From: Mobula hypostoma
Taxonomy: Eukaryota
DNA length: 64,000 bases
Reading direction: 5' to 3'
Assembly: GCF_963921235.1 (NCBI RefSeq)
Contig: NC_086097.1
Coordinates: 51,462,001 to 51,526,000, forward strand
Shown: in pieces, positions 38,200-51,100 of the stretch
Layout of the letters: every line of letters begins with the position of its first letter
Position numbering within the stretch: position 1 is the first letter of the stretch
The notes under the pieces: generated by a model
Seen by the model: only the letters and a program-made list of their open reading frames with translations
What the model was told of the DNA's origin: nothing
The model's database searches: none
Program-made: the position numbers and the translations under genes

Positions 38200-41055
38200 C
38201 AGAGCACAAGGTCAGTAAGGGAAGGATCAGACCAGAAGGTAGATGGCAGGAAAAGTATTGAAAGGCAAACTGGAAATAACGGGTATGATGGGTCAGATAG
38301 TTCAAAGTGTGCATATTTTAGTGCTAGGAGTAATATGGGTAAGGTTGATGAACTTAGATCATGGATCAGTCCATGGAACTATAATGCTGAGAGAGTGGCA
38401 GGAATAGGTGATTAATGTACCAGGTTTTCAAAATTTTAGAAAAGATAGAGGAGGTAAAAGGGGTGGGGGCTGGAGATGCACTCAGGGATAATATCATAGC
38501 TGCACTCAGAGGAGACATAACGAAGGGGTCAGAGACTGAGTCTATTTGGGGGGAAACTCAGGAATGGGATTGTACTACAGACCCTTAATAACCACTGGGA
38601 CATTGAGGAACAGATAGTAATCAGATTAAGGAAATGTGTTAAAATAATAGGGCTGTTGTCATAGGGGATTTCAACTTCCCTAATATAAACTGGGACCTTC
38701 TTAGTGTAAGGGGTTTAGATGGGGCAGAATTTGTAAAAGTGTATCCAGGAAAGTTTCTTAAATCAAAATGTGAACGGCCTTACAAGAGGAGTGGCTGTAC
38801 TGGACGTGACGTTGGGCAATGAACCTGGTCAGGCACTTGACCTTTCAGTAGGTAAACAGCTAGGAAACAGTGACCACAACTCCTTAACTTTCAGGGTATC
38901 TACTGTATAGATAAGGATAGGTATGGTCCTTGTGGGAGAGTTTTAAATTGGAGTAGGGCAAATTATGAGGGCATTAGGCAGGAACTAAGTAGTGTTAATT
39001 GGGAACACTTTTTACTACATCAGAAATATGGAGGGTATTTTAAGATCATTTGCAGAGTACAGGAAAGGTATGTTCCTGTTAGAAGGAAGGACAGGGATGA
39101 AAAGATTAAGAGACCCTTGGATGTCCAGAGATGTGATAAATTTAGTCAAGAAGAAAAAGGGAAAGTATGTTAAGCTTCGGAAGTCAGGATCTAATAAAGC
39201 ACACAAGAAGTGTAAAGAAGCCAGAAAAGAACTAAAAAAGGGAATTGGGAACACCAGAGGCCATGAAAAGTCCCTGGCAAGTAGGATTAGGACTAAGGCA
39301 TTCAATACATACATCAAGAGTAAGAGGATAACTAGGGAGAGGAGGTGAAACCACACAAGGATAGAAGGGGGAACATTTGCTTGGATGCAGAGAATGTGAG
39401 TAAGGTACTTAAAGAGTACTTTTCTTCAGTATTTACCAAGGAAATACTGAAGAAATGGAGGACCAGGAGATCAGTGCTGAGTGTATAAATACATTGGGGC
39501 ATTTAAAGATCAAGGAGGAAGTGTTGGGTCTCCTAATAAGTATTAAGGTGGCCATAGTGCCTGATGGGGTTTACCTGAGGTTATTGAAAGAGGCAAGAGA
39601 CAAGATACTGGGTCCTTGACCAGTATATTTGTGTCCTCGCTAGCCACAGGCGAGGTCCCAGAGGACTGGTAAGTGGCTAATGCTGTAACTCTATTTAACA
39701 AGGAAACAAGAAAAAACCCTGGGAACTATAAACTGGGTGAGTCTCACATCAGTTGTAGGGAAACTGCTGGAGAAAATTCTTAGGGATAGGACGTATATGC
39801 ACTAGGAAACACATGGCCTAATTAGGAAAAGCTAGCATGGCTTTGTGCGTGACAAGTCATGCCTTATCAACTTGAGTTTTTTGACAAAGTGATGAGAGAG
39901 ATTGATGAGGGTAGGGCAGTGGATGTTGCCTACATGGATTTTAGTAAGGAATTTGACAAAGTCCCTCATGGGAGGCTAATCCAGAAGATTAATACGCATG
40001 GGTCCACAGTGAATTGGCTGTTTAGATTCAGAACTGGCTTGCGCATCGAAAACAGAGGGTAGTGGTTGAAGAAACTTATTTGAGCTGGAGGTCTATAATT
40101 AGTGGAGTTCCAAAGGGATCTGTGCTGGGACCTCTGCTGTTTGTAATGTATATAGATGACCTAGATGAAAATGTGGATGGGTGAGTTAGTAAATTTGCAG
40201 ATGATACCAAGATTGGTGGAGTTGTGGATAGTGTAGAAGATTGGCAAAGAATACAGCACAATATAGATTAGTTGCATATATGGGCTAAGAAATAGCAGGT
40301 GGAACTTAACCCAGATAAATGTGAAGTGTGGCACCTCGGTAGGGCAAATGCAAGAAGACAGTACACTGTTAAAAGTGGCTACACAGGTTGATAAGGTGTT
40401 TATGGCGGCTTATGGAATGCTTGTTTTTATTAGTTGAGGCATTGAGTTCAAAAGTCAGGAGGTTAGGTTGCAACTTTATAAAGTCTAGTTTGACCACATC
40501 TGGAGTATTGCATATAGTTCTGGTTGCCCCACCATGGGAAGAATGCTGAGGCTTTGGAGAGGGTGCAGAAGAGGATTACAAGGATGCTGCCTGGTTTCGA
40601 GAGCATGTACTATCATGAGAGGCTGGATAGACTTCGGTTGTTTTCTCTGGAGCCTCGGAGGTTAAGGGGAGGTCTGACAGAGGTTTACAAAATTATGAGA
40701 GGCATAGATAGAGTGGACAGAAAGTATCCGTTTCCCAGAGCTGAAATGTCTAATACTAGAGGGTGAAGGTGACAGGGGGTAAGTTCACAGGGGGTGTGAG
40801 GGGTAAACGTTTTACTCAGAGTCGTGGATGCCTAGAATGCGCTGGCTGGTATGGTAGTAGAGGCAAATACATTAGAGGCCTTTAAGAGACGTTTGGATAG
40901 GCACATGCATAGAAGAAAGATGGAGGCATATGGACATGGTGCAGATAGGATGGTTTAGTGTGTCTGGGTGTTTTTGATTTGCTGTTTAGCTGATTCAGCA
41001 CAAAACTGTGGGCCAAATGGTCTGTTCCTGTGCTGTACTCTTCTATGCTCTATGG
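38200..41055 (+). mobile_element. Degenerate near-full ORF2 CR1 LINE (EN plus RT plus 3' UTR), same subfamily as 19100-20760
   Basis: EN start (YFSARS..KVDELR), GDFNFPNI and SDHN, YMDFSK, FADD and ERVQKR remnants with many stops. Confidence 0.9.
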
Positions 41056-41137
41056 TTTAAGAGAATCTGCAGATGCTGGAAATACAGAATAACACATCCA
41101 AAAAGCTGGAGGAACCCAGAGGCTTAGGCAGCATAAA

Positions 41138-41176
41138 CAGTTGATGTTTCAGGTCAAGACCCTTCATCAGGACTGG
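41138..41176 (-). ncRNA. Minimal hammerhead ribozyme-like motif (Penelope type), probably decayed
   Basis: The minus strand reads CAGTC-CTGATGA-AGGGTCTTGACCT-GAAAC-ATC-AACTG. Confidence 0.6.
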
Positions 41177-42154
41177 AAAGAAGGGGAAGAAACCAGGGTG
41201 GGTGATGGAGGATGAAATGAGAAGTTGAGAGGTGATAAGTGGAAAAGGGAAAAGCCTGAAGAAGGAGGAATCTGAAGTGGACCATGGGAGAAAAGGAAGG
41301 AGGAGGGGCACCGAAGGGATGTGATTGACAGCTGAGAAAAGAAAAGAGAGGAGCAAAAGTGGGGTGTGGATAAAGAGGGAAGGGGGAAAATATCTTAAAC
41401 TCCCCACTTTCTGCAGGGATTGCTCTCTCCATGATTCCCTTGTCCATTCAGTCCCTCGCCACTAATCTCCCTCCTGGCACATATCCCTGAAATCACAAGA
41501 ACTGCTACACTTGCCCATTCACCTTCTCTCTCACCTCCATTCAGAACTGCAAGCAGTCTTTCTAGCTGAAGCAACACTTCACTTACGAGTCTATTGATCC
41601 AATGCTCCTGATGCAGCCTCATCTACATCAATGAGACCAGATGTGGATTGTGGGACTGCTTATTGAGCACCTTTGCTCTGTCTTCAGAAAGCCGGATTTC
41701 CTGGTGGCCAACCATTCTAATTCCAATCTCCTTTCACATTCTGACTTGTCATCCATGGCTCTTCTACTGCCACAATGAGGGCACTGTCAGGTTGGAGGAC
41801 CAATACCTCATATTCTGTCTGGGTACTCTCCAACCTGATGGCATGAACATCGATTTCTCCAACTTCTGGTAATTATTCCCTCACACCCTTTCCTCTTCTT
41901 TCATTCCCATGACCTACCTCTTCTCTTCTCAGTTGCCAATCTCCTCCCCGTTGTGCCCTTCCTTCTTCCTTTTCTCCCATGGTCCACTCTCTTTTCCTAT
42001 CAGATTCCCTCTTCTTCAGCCCTTTTCCACTTAATACTCCCAGCTTATCACTTCACCCTCCCCCACCCTACCTTCCCCCTCACCTGCCTTCACCTATCAC
42101 CTATTTGTATTCCTTCCCTCCTCCCCATTCTGGTTTCTTCCCCACTTCCATTCC

Positions 42155-42190
42155 AGTCCTGATGAAGGGTCTCAGCCTGAAACATCAACT
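42155..42190 (+). ncRNA. Minimal hammerhead ribozyme-like motif (Penelope type), probably decayed
   Basis: AGTC-CTGATGA-AGGGTCTCAGCCT-GAAAC-ATC-AACT. Confidence 0.6.
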
Positions 42191-42719
42191 TGTTTATTCC
42201 TTTCCATAGATGTTGCATGACCTATTGCATTCCTCCATAATTTTGTATGTGTTACTTTAATTCTATTGGGACTTCAATTTTGCTAGCGTTGTTTCTATGA
42301 ATATGATCTACACAATATCATATGGACTGTCTACATTTTAACATTGTTAGTTATCATTTATCATAGTTTGGTTTTCTGCATGCCAAAAATATTTTTTCCA
42401 TATTAAAAAGAGAAATGCCAGTTTTGTAGTTTTGTACATTTAATCAGAAATTAACTTTCAAGCAGGAGTTATTGTTTTCTTGAACAAAATATGATGGATA
42501 TCCAAACACACTCTCTAACTCCATGAACAGGCAGGGTTCATTATTTACAATCTAACTAAAAAGCTCCCCCAAATACTAAAGGAATTCAAAGCTACTTAGA
42601 TTTAATGCCGTGCATACACTATTTCCCACTGTTGCCATTTTTTGAAACTGAATGAAAAACTGAGAAAGTCCTAAAGGTGAGCTTTTCATTCAAAACAAAT
42701 TGTTTTAAATTTTTGTTAC

Positions 42720-44345
42720 GTCTCCATCTAAATATGCCATGTGTAATCATTGTAGTTTATAATAAATCGAACAATCAATGTAATATAGAGTACACTCAAA
42801 TCAGCGTGAGTTCATCAGTCTGATGGCCTGGTGGAAGAAGCTGTCCTGGAGCCTGATGGTCCTGGCTTTTATGCTGCGGTACCGCTTCCCAGATGGTAGC
42901 AGCTGGAATACTTGGGTCGCCAATGATCCTTCAGGCCCTTTTTACACACCTATCTTTGTAAATGTCCTGAATCATGGGAAGTTCACAGCTACAGATGGGC
43001 TGGGCTGTCCGCATCACTCTCTGCAGTCCTGCGATTAAGGGAATGATGCAGCCAGTCAGTATGCTCTCAATTGTGCCCCTGTAGAAAGTTCTTAGGACTT
43101 GAGGGCCCATACCAAACTTCCTCAACCGTCTGAGGTGAAAGAGGTGCAGTTGTGCCTTTTTCACCACACAGCTGGTGTGTACAAACCACGTGAGGTCCTC
43201 AGTGATGTGGATGCCAAGGAACTTGAAGCTGTTTACCCTCTCAACCCCCGTTCCATTGATGTCAATAGAGGTTAGCCCATCTCCATTCCTCCTGTAGTCC
43301 ACAACCAGCTCCTTTGTTTTTGCGACATTGAGGGAGAAGTTGTTTTCTAGACATCACTGTGTTAGAGAGATGACTTCTTCCCTATATTATTTGAGATAAG
43401 GCTAATCAATGTAGTGTTGTTGGCAAATTTAATTAGCAGATTGGAGCTATGGGTGGTGACACAGAGAGTAAAGGAGAGGACTCAGTATGCAGCCCTGAGG
43501 GGCTCCTGTATTGAGAGTAAGAGGGTTGGAGGTGAGGGAGCCCACTCTTACAACCTGTTGGCGATCTGACAGGTAGTCCAGGATCCAGCTGCACAAGGCA
43601 GGGTCAAGGTCGAGGTCTCTGAGCTTCTTTTCGAGCCTGGATGGAACTATGGTGTTGAATGATGAACTGTAGTCCAAGAACAGCATTCTCACATAAGCAT
43701 CCTTCTTCTCCAGATGTAGAAGGACGGTATGTAGAGCAGTGGCTATTGCGTTGTCTGTCGATTGGTTATGTCATTAGTGCGAATTGTAGGGGGTCCAGTT
43801 TGGGTGGTAGCAAGCTGCAGATGTAATCCTTGACCAGCCTCTCAAAGCATTGGCTTATTATTGAGATGAGTGCGACAGAACGCCAGTCATTCAGGCATTT
43901 ACCTTGGTCTTTTTTGGTACAGGGACAATGGTGGATAATTTGAAGCAGGAGGGCACTCTACACTGGGAGAGGGAGAGGTTAAAAATATCAGTAATCACAC
44001 CTGTCAGTTGTGCTGCGCACATCCTGAGTACTCGCTCTGGAATGCCGTCTGGTCCCGCAGCCTTGTGACTGTCCACTCGTTTGAAACATCTGTGTACCTC
44101 AGCCTCAAAGATGACCAGGTTGCAGGTTGTAGCAGTGGCTTTCCTGGGATGCTCAGAATTAGCAACATCGAACCAAGCATAAAAGCGATTGAGCCCATCT
44201 GGGAGAGTGGCCGCGACATTGGCGGCACCACAGTGTTTGGCTTTGAAGTCTGTGATGGTATGTAGCCCTTGCCACAAGTCACGTGTACTATTCTTTGTGA
44301 ATCTTGACTCAGTCTTCTCCCTATATTGTTGTTTTGCAGCCTGGC
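42720..44345 (-). mobile_element. Rex1/Babar-type LINE, 5'-truncated and degenerate
   Basis: KAAGPDGIP..IVPVPKK, RMLFLDYSSSFNTI..TGAPQGCILSPLLY and FKFLGIHI..FYRGTIESILT peptides. Confidence 0.88.
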
Positions 44346-46538
44346 ATGTCATTATTCCATTAATTGAAAACTGTCTAAAAATTACGAATACAGGTAAATG
44401 CAAACTTGTTGATTTTTCTTGTATTCTTAGTAGGCACTTCTCATGAATGAACTGTGGTAAATAGAATTATGTGTGTACATAATATGTCCAATGAATTAGA
44501 GAGAGAACACACTTATTCATCTGTTTTATCTCAAGGACTTCTCAGTTCCCAGAGAACTTCAATCCAAACTGAAAGTGTTTCTTTATTTCAAACTCTTCAT
44601 AATCAATGAACAAGTTCGAGATAGTAAATGTGGCAGTTAATTTTAACAGATTAAATAAAAAAAATACTTTTTATGTTTTATGTATGACATTATCTGTCAT
44701 TCTTTAAAAGATGTTAATTGAGAGATAAATGATATTCAGAATGGTGAAGAAACCGTTCACATTTTCTTTGGATTCTGGGTGACCTTTTATATTAATGCAA
44801 GAAAGAAGCTATGACTTGGTTTGGCAAGCTGACTTGTAAGCTGCCACAGAAACCGGTGAACACACAGATGGCACCTACAGAAATGGAAAGCTCTGTAATA
44901 TTAGCCTAAATTATATCCTTCTGACCCAAGACATATGCCTCGATTAACATGAAGCTTAGGTGACCTGTCTCTTGTAAATTTAGTGAAGCACCTGACATAG
45001 AACGTTGGTCGATGTATGAAACGAAGAAAAAAGAATGTTTATTGTAGGGATGATGCTCACTTCTCTTTTTAATGTCAAGCAACCTAAGTTGAAGGTATAA
45101 TTGAAGTTCAATGATGAGCAAGACTTCCTCCACGTTACTCAGTACTAAATCACAAATATTCTATTTTATGCCAAGTTACTTAACTTTCTGGAATGTGGTC
45201 CAGTAATTTTGTATCAGATTCCTGTTCTGCTTCAGACCACTAAGCATTGAACTAAGTATTACATGGTTTTTGCCTTGTTGATTCCTTAGAAGTTATTCTG
45301 AGGATATTTCTGAAACTACGGGTGAGCAGAAGGCCTAGATCAAGATGGTCAGGTTGAAACCCAGAGCCTAAATTGGGAAGAGACTGGGATTAAGAGCCTG
45401 GAGGATCCCAGGTGCATATATCTTCTTATATTCAGTCATAGAATGCTACAGCACAGAAAAAGACCCTTCGGCCCATCTAATCCATGCCAAACTAGTATTC
45501 TGCCTGGTCCCATCGAACTGCACCTGGATCACAGCCCTGCATATCTCCCCCATCTATCCAAATTTCACTTAAATGTTGAAATTTAACCTGCACCCACCAC
45601 TCTGACAGGCAGCTTATTCCACACTCTCACCACCCTCTGAGTGAAGATGTTTCCCATCATGTTCATTTCACCTTTTGTCCTTAACTCAAGACCTCTAGTT
45701 TCAATCTTACCATTAGTCTACATTAAAAGAAATTTATCAGTCCCAATTTAAAAAAAACATCCAAACTGAATCCCAAAATTAAGACAACACAAAATTATCC
45801 AATATTAAATTCTCTCTCCATTTATTTTAGAGCTATTTATATCTGTATTTTAAGATGTGCAGGCAGTTTCAACTTTCATTACCCCAGTAATATTGCTACT
45901 TGGGAATCTACTCATGGTAATAGTGTTTGGCTAGTCTTCTCCAAGCCATTGTACTTTTCTCAAAAGTTGCAGTGCTGTATCAGGAAATAGCTAATCTTCC
46001 GTTTGTATTCTTTTATTCTACAAGGAAGATAAAATCTATCTTTAATTAAATTGAATATTAAAAAATGTTTACCATACCTTCCTGTTTTTGAATTCTTTAA
46101 CTCTATTGATGAAGGCAAAGCCTTTTTTGATTTGTTCTGCTCCTTACAAAAATGTGTGTGTCTGTTGATGCACATGCATGTTGCCTCTGGGAGACATTTC
46201 CATACTGTGGAAGCCATTGTTCTGATTATTATCTTCTAAAATTTTATGTTCTCAAATGGCTGCTGCAGGTTGGAGAGTGACAAATGGGACCCCATTAATT
46301 AAATAAACAAGAGAGAGAAAATAGGGAACTACAGACCTCTTAGCCTGCATCTGCAAGTTGGAAAATGTTTAAATTTATAATAATGAATGTGATATCACTA
46401 CACTTAGAATAAGCAATAATATTTTTGATTCAAGTTAACATGGATTTGTGGAAAGGAAGTTATGTTTGACTAATCTATTGCCATTTATTCAGGATACATC
46501 AACTAAAATAAATGACAGGGAAATCAGAAGATGTGATG

Positions 46539-47480
46539 TACAGTGGATTCTGGTTAATTGGGACACATTGGAACTAGTACATTTTGGCCCAATTAGCTGA
46601 AGTTCATAGAAATATTTAAAAAGGTATAAAAAAGACAAACTACTGTTTAACTGAGTAACACATTATATATTTAAATGAAATACAGAACAATAAGAACACT
46701 ACCAATATTACTACAGTACTATGTGCATTAGTTCCTTATAGTTAGCTTGGTGGTTGTCCATCATATCCATCGATGACAGGCAACTTGTGTTAGAGACTTT
46801 TTTAAAGTGGAAAAGCCATTGCACTGGGACAGTTCCACTCTCTCGACCTTGGAAGTCCGAGTCCAGTAGTTCAAAGGTTGTCACAACTGTGGTCTTCCTT
46901 GGTTGCAGTGGTTGACCACAAGTTCTTCTGTGCTTTGTCACACCCTCCACTCTCCAAAAAGTGTTGCAGAACCACTTTCCTGGCCAATGGATCTCATCTA
47001 CCCACTCCGACGAAGCTGACTTCTCATGCTAGGACAGGTATGTCCCTATCTCACCAGGGTGTAAGCCTCCAGCTACCATAACCTAGTTCAGCCCACCTGT
47101 TGAAGTTGTTTACTAGGGTGTGGCTGCTGTTGTATGCAAACAGCTACTTGGAGCCACAGGAGAGAGCTGCCATGTTCTTTTGATTGACTGCAAAATGAAC
47201 AAAACCAGCACAGACACATAGGATAGATAATGGACTGCCTTCATACAATTTTCAATTATTGCATCCTTAAATCTTCATTTTCATTGTAACATTCTTGCCG
47301 ATACCTTCGAATTCTTCATAGTTCCTAAATTGTTGAAGTAATGAATTCGTTTCATTTTCACTCCTGGCTGTGTCTGGCATCTCCAAGCCTGAGTGTGTAA
47401 AACCACAGTGAGCAAAACAACTCTAAATTGTCTTTTGGCTTATTTCTCACTGACTATTAGTAACAAATCACTGCTTTTTG
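46539..47480. mobile_element. Tigger-like DNA transposon remnant with an inner retroposon fragment (~46740-47165)
   Basis: TA-CAGTGGATTCTGGTTAATTGGGACAC terminus; the right end is not found (abutted by the Rex1 copy). Confidence 0.4.
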
Positions 47481-48422
47481 AATTGAATTGACTTTATTTC
47501 TTATATCCTTCACATACATGAGTAAAGATTTTTACGTTATGTCTCTGTCTAATTTGCAATGTGCAATCATAGTAATTTATAATAAATAGAACGGTCAATG
47601 TAACATAGAATACACTCAAATCAGCGTGAGTTAATCAGTCTGATGGCCTGGTGGAAGAAGCTGTCCTGGAGCCTGTTGGTCCTGGCTTTTATGCTGTGGA
47701 ACCATTTCCCGGATGGTAGTAGCTGGAATAGATTATGGTTGGGGTGACTCGGGTCCCCAATGATCCTACAGATCCTTTTTATACACCTGTCTTTGTAAAT
47801 GTCCTGAATCATGGGAAGTTCACAACTACAGATGTGCTGGGCTATCTGCACCACTTTCTGCAGAGTCATGCAATTAAGGGAGGTACAGTTCCCATAGCAG
47901 GCAGTAATGCAGTCAGTCAGTATGCTCTCAGTTGTGCCCCTGTAGAAAGTTCTTAGGATTTGGGGGCCCATACCAAACTTCTTCAATGTCTGAGGTGAAA
48001 GAGGCACTGTTATGTCTTTTTCACCACACAGCTGGTGTGTACAGACCACGTGAGGTCGTCGGCGGAGGAACTTGTCCACAACCAGCTCCTTTTGCAACAT
48101 TGAGGGAGAAGTTGTTTTCTAGACACCACTATGTCAGAGAAATGACTCCTTCTCTATATTATTTAAGATAAGGCTAATCAATGTAGTGTTGTCAGCAAAT
48201 TTAATTAGCAGATTGGAGCTATGGGTGGCGATACAGGGAGAAAAGGAGAGGACTCAGTACGCAGCCCTGAGGGGCTCCTGTATTGAGAGTCAGAGGGTTG
48301 GAGGTGAGGGAGCCCACTCTTACAACCTGCTGGCGATCTGACAGGAAGTCCAGGATCCAGCTGCACAAGGCAGGGTCAAGGCCAAGGTCTCCGAGCTTCT
48401 TGTCGAGCCTAGGTGGAACTAC
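47480..48422 (-). mobile_element. Rex1/Babar-type LINE, second copy of the 42.7-44.3 kb family
   Basis: ORFs 47621-48100 and 48219-48476 are nearly the same peptides as 42931-43302 and 43447-43692. Confidence 0.88.
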
Positions 48423-48720
48423 TGAATTTGGATTTTCTGTAAGTTTTTGATATGAGAGGCTGGTGAACACAAGCACATGGAACTGGATGTGGTAAACAAA
48501 TAGGAAGGCAAACTGTTTGAGTGTATTCTATGGCAAACTGTACAGTGGCATTTTTTGTTAGAGGAATTTTGTACAAAAACACAAGAAATCTTGTTGAGAT
48601 CATAACTAGACTATTGTGTACAATTTTGTCTCATTAGCCAAAATAGGATTTACTAGCTATGGAGTGCCGTGAGAAGTCGAAGTAGCTCTTTGGAAAAAAC
48701 GGGTCTATCAACTTCCTGTA

Positions 48721-49473
48721 CGATGGCAGCATGTTCAGTTGTAGCAGCTTCTATGGGGTCAACCAAAGGTGTTATTGCCCTTTTAATAATTTTATGATCA
48801 CAAGACCCTGCCTGACATCAAGAACTTAAAGTACTGTAGATCTACCCCATCAGCAAGTTGCTCATTGGCAGAGAAAGTGAAGGTGTTGGACTTGGTGCAG
48901 GTCATGCTACTTACTGCCTGCGTCAGAGGAGTTGGTGCATGAAGACAGCCTAATGGTGAGTGATCATCTTAGTTGCTTTTCTTATGATCGCAAGACCCTG
49001 TTGGATGTTGTTAATGTGGAATGCTGCAAGTCTAATTCACTGATTTATTGGCAGATGGCAGGAGAGCAGCGTGGTCTTGGTTGCAGCAAGGACGAGACCT
49101 CAAGCGGCAGTGTTGCTTGTTTACAGCTACCCAGGAGAGAGGTGTCAGAGTCGGTGCATTCCATCTGAGGATTGTTGCACAGTGTCCAAGATAGAGTCAG
49201 TGCTTACCAGCCCACCCCACCCCACCCCACCCCACCCTCAGCGTTTGCTGGACGGAACTCAAGCCTTATTGTGTTCGACTGTAGACTGCTGCAACATTCA
49301 TGGACTCAGAGTCTTAGACAATTATTTTTGTGTGATTGTATTTTACAAATATCTTATATGTGCCTTGTGTTGTGTGTGACTGTTGGTACTGTACTATATT
49401 TAGCACTTTGGCTCCAGAGGTTTCATTTGGATGTATGCATGTGCTGTTGAATGATAATTACATTTGTACTTGA
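48721..49473 (+). mobile_element. Non-coding interspersed repeat (family shared with 56403-57165)
   Basis: Shares GATCGCAAGACCCTGTTGGA..TTAATGTGGAATGCT..CTGCTGCAACATTC.TGGACTCAGA blocks with the 56.4 kb copy. Confidence 0.75.
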
Positions 49474-50081
49474 CCAAAGGAAAAAAACGATATAACTAAC
49501 AAAACACAAAATTCTTAGAGATTAAAAAAGGAAGCTTGCTTCTTCTGGTTGAGGAGTCTTGGATGAAAAGTCACAGTCTAATAACAGCAGGTCGTTCAGG
49601 GCTGACGACAGGTCAAATTTCTTAGCACTGTGGATGGCAAATCTTTGGATTTTCGTTTTATTTCTATTTTAGAGTTACAGTGAGGAATAGGCCCGTTCTG
49701 GCCCTTCAAGTCGAGCTGGCCATTAATCCCTGACAGACCTCAATCTAACCCAACTAATCACAAGACAATTTACAATGACCAATTAACCTACTAACCTGAA
49801 CACCCAGAGAAAACATTCAAAACAGATTAGAACCTCTCTGGGGTTCAGAAATTTGGTAGTACAGTATACCAGGAAAACTCATTGAAAAAAAATTGGTCAA
49901 GAGCTTGCTGCACAGACACCAGTCGCTGGAAAGATTTCTTCCACATTTTCTTAAAATCTATCTCCTTTACCTTCTTCATTTTCATTGGAAAATTGCTGAT
50001 ATCAGATCAGATTTGTTCAGCTTCATTTGTCATTGAAACATACAATGAACTGTGTCGTTTACGCTAAATCAATTAAGCGAG

Positions 50082-50299
50082 GATTGTTCTGGGCAACTGC
50101 GAGAGTCGCCACCCTTCCGGCGCCAATATAGCACGTCCACAACTCGCTCAGCCTAACCGGTACGTCTGTGGTATGTTGGAGGAAACATTTCACCCCGGAG
50201 AGAATGCAAAACCCCGTTCCAGTCAGCAGCGGGAATTGAACCCCGCGATCTGACAACCGGCAGCCGTGAAGCAGATCGCTACACTACCCCGTGCCGCCC
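50082..50299 (-). mobile_element. tRNA-derived SINE, CpG-rich copy
   Basis: The minus strand starts GGGCGGCACGGGGTAGTGTAGCG (A box) and has a GGTTCAATTCCC B box at ~50231-50242. Confidence 0.7.
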
Positions 50300-50654
50300 C
50301 GAGATTTTCATCGTACTGTAACTGCCTGGAGGATTCGATCCATCCTATATCTCATCACAGCAGTTTGCACGTATCTCTGTTCCCCCATGCTAGGCGCAGC
50401 GTGCTCACACTTGACAGACGCGGCCATCACCCACACTCCTCTAACTCGGAACCCCATTTAGAACAACTCTGCTGCCATCTTATTTAACAGAGACAAAAAG
50501 GGCGTACTGTGAGCAACACCTTAAGGCGCAAATCAGTACTACTGGTTGCGAGTATTGAGGCCAATCTTAAGTGCCTCTGAACGAAGAGCAGTTTCTACCC
50601 GATGGGCTCTAGCTTATAGTACTGTCGTGGTTTGTGTTTCGGTGTCTTTTTTAC

Positions 50655-50888
50655 CTTGGGGTTCTTCTCAAAATAGTACTGCTGGGTGCGTATCCAGCGC
50701 CCCACTAGATGGTCGCGGACGATGTAGGCCAGCGCGAAGTAGTAGTCTTTCAAGTGGGCCACGTTACGGTCTTTCACCAGCGTGAAATGCAGGTGCCTAT
50801 TAAATCCCATTTTTAAACCCGCCACATCCTCCATGGTGTGGATCTTGCTGATGGAGATCTGCTTTTTTCTATCGCTCTTCTCCGCCAT
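50655..50888 (-). CDS. PYGL: Glycogen phosphorylase exon 1 coding part ([78 protein letters not shown])
   Basis: ATG in strong Kozak context (GCACGATGG); [15 protein letters not shown] and [13 protein letters not shown] motifs; GTAAAA donor after PK in phase 0, as in vertebrate PYG genes. Confidence 0.95.
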
Positions 50889-51100
50889 CGTGCTGCCCCC
50901 GCTCGTCGACAATCTACAACTCGAGCTTTATCCGTTTCGGCCGTTGACTTCAAACTGCCGCCTTTACCCGCTCCCGCCCAATCGGCTCAACCCCATTGGC
51001 CCCGCTCCATCGGGTCAGCCCACCCCCTCCACATCCCCGCCCAATCAGATCGGAACCCCCGTAAGCCCCTCCCAAATGTGAGCTCCCGCGACCAAATCTA
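50889..51100 (-). promoter_or_regulatory. CpG-rich promoter/5' UTR with two GC-box/CCAAT composites
   Basis: CCCGCCCAATC at 50973-50983 and 51036-51046, ATTGG at 50995; CpG density from ~50.05-51.1 kb is visibly far above the rest of the window; no clear TATA box. Confidence 0.75.

Larger units (their letters stand above)
41057..42257. mobile_element. Penelope-like element with inverted terminal-repeat arrangement
   Basis: 41057-~41400 is a minus-strand terminal repeat; ~41400-42257 is a plus-strand GIY-YIG C-terminus (RLEDQYLIFCLGTLQPDGMNIDFSNF) followed by the same terminal repeat. Confidence 0.82.

Noticed and set aside
50595..50912. 105-aa ORF as a complete single-exon protein
   Set aside because: The MSTSGGST extension uses a non-ATG start and the tail after PK is intron read-through; the supported coding exon is 50655-50888.
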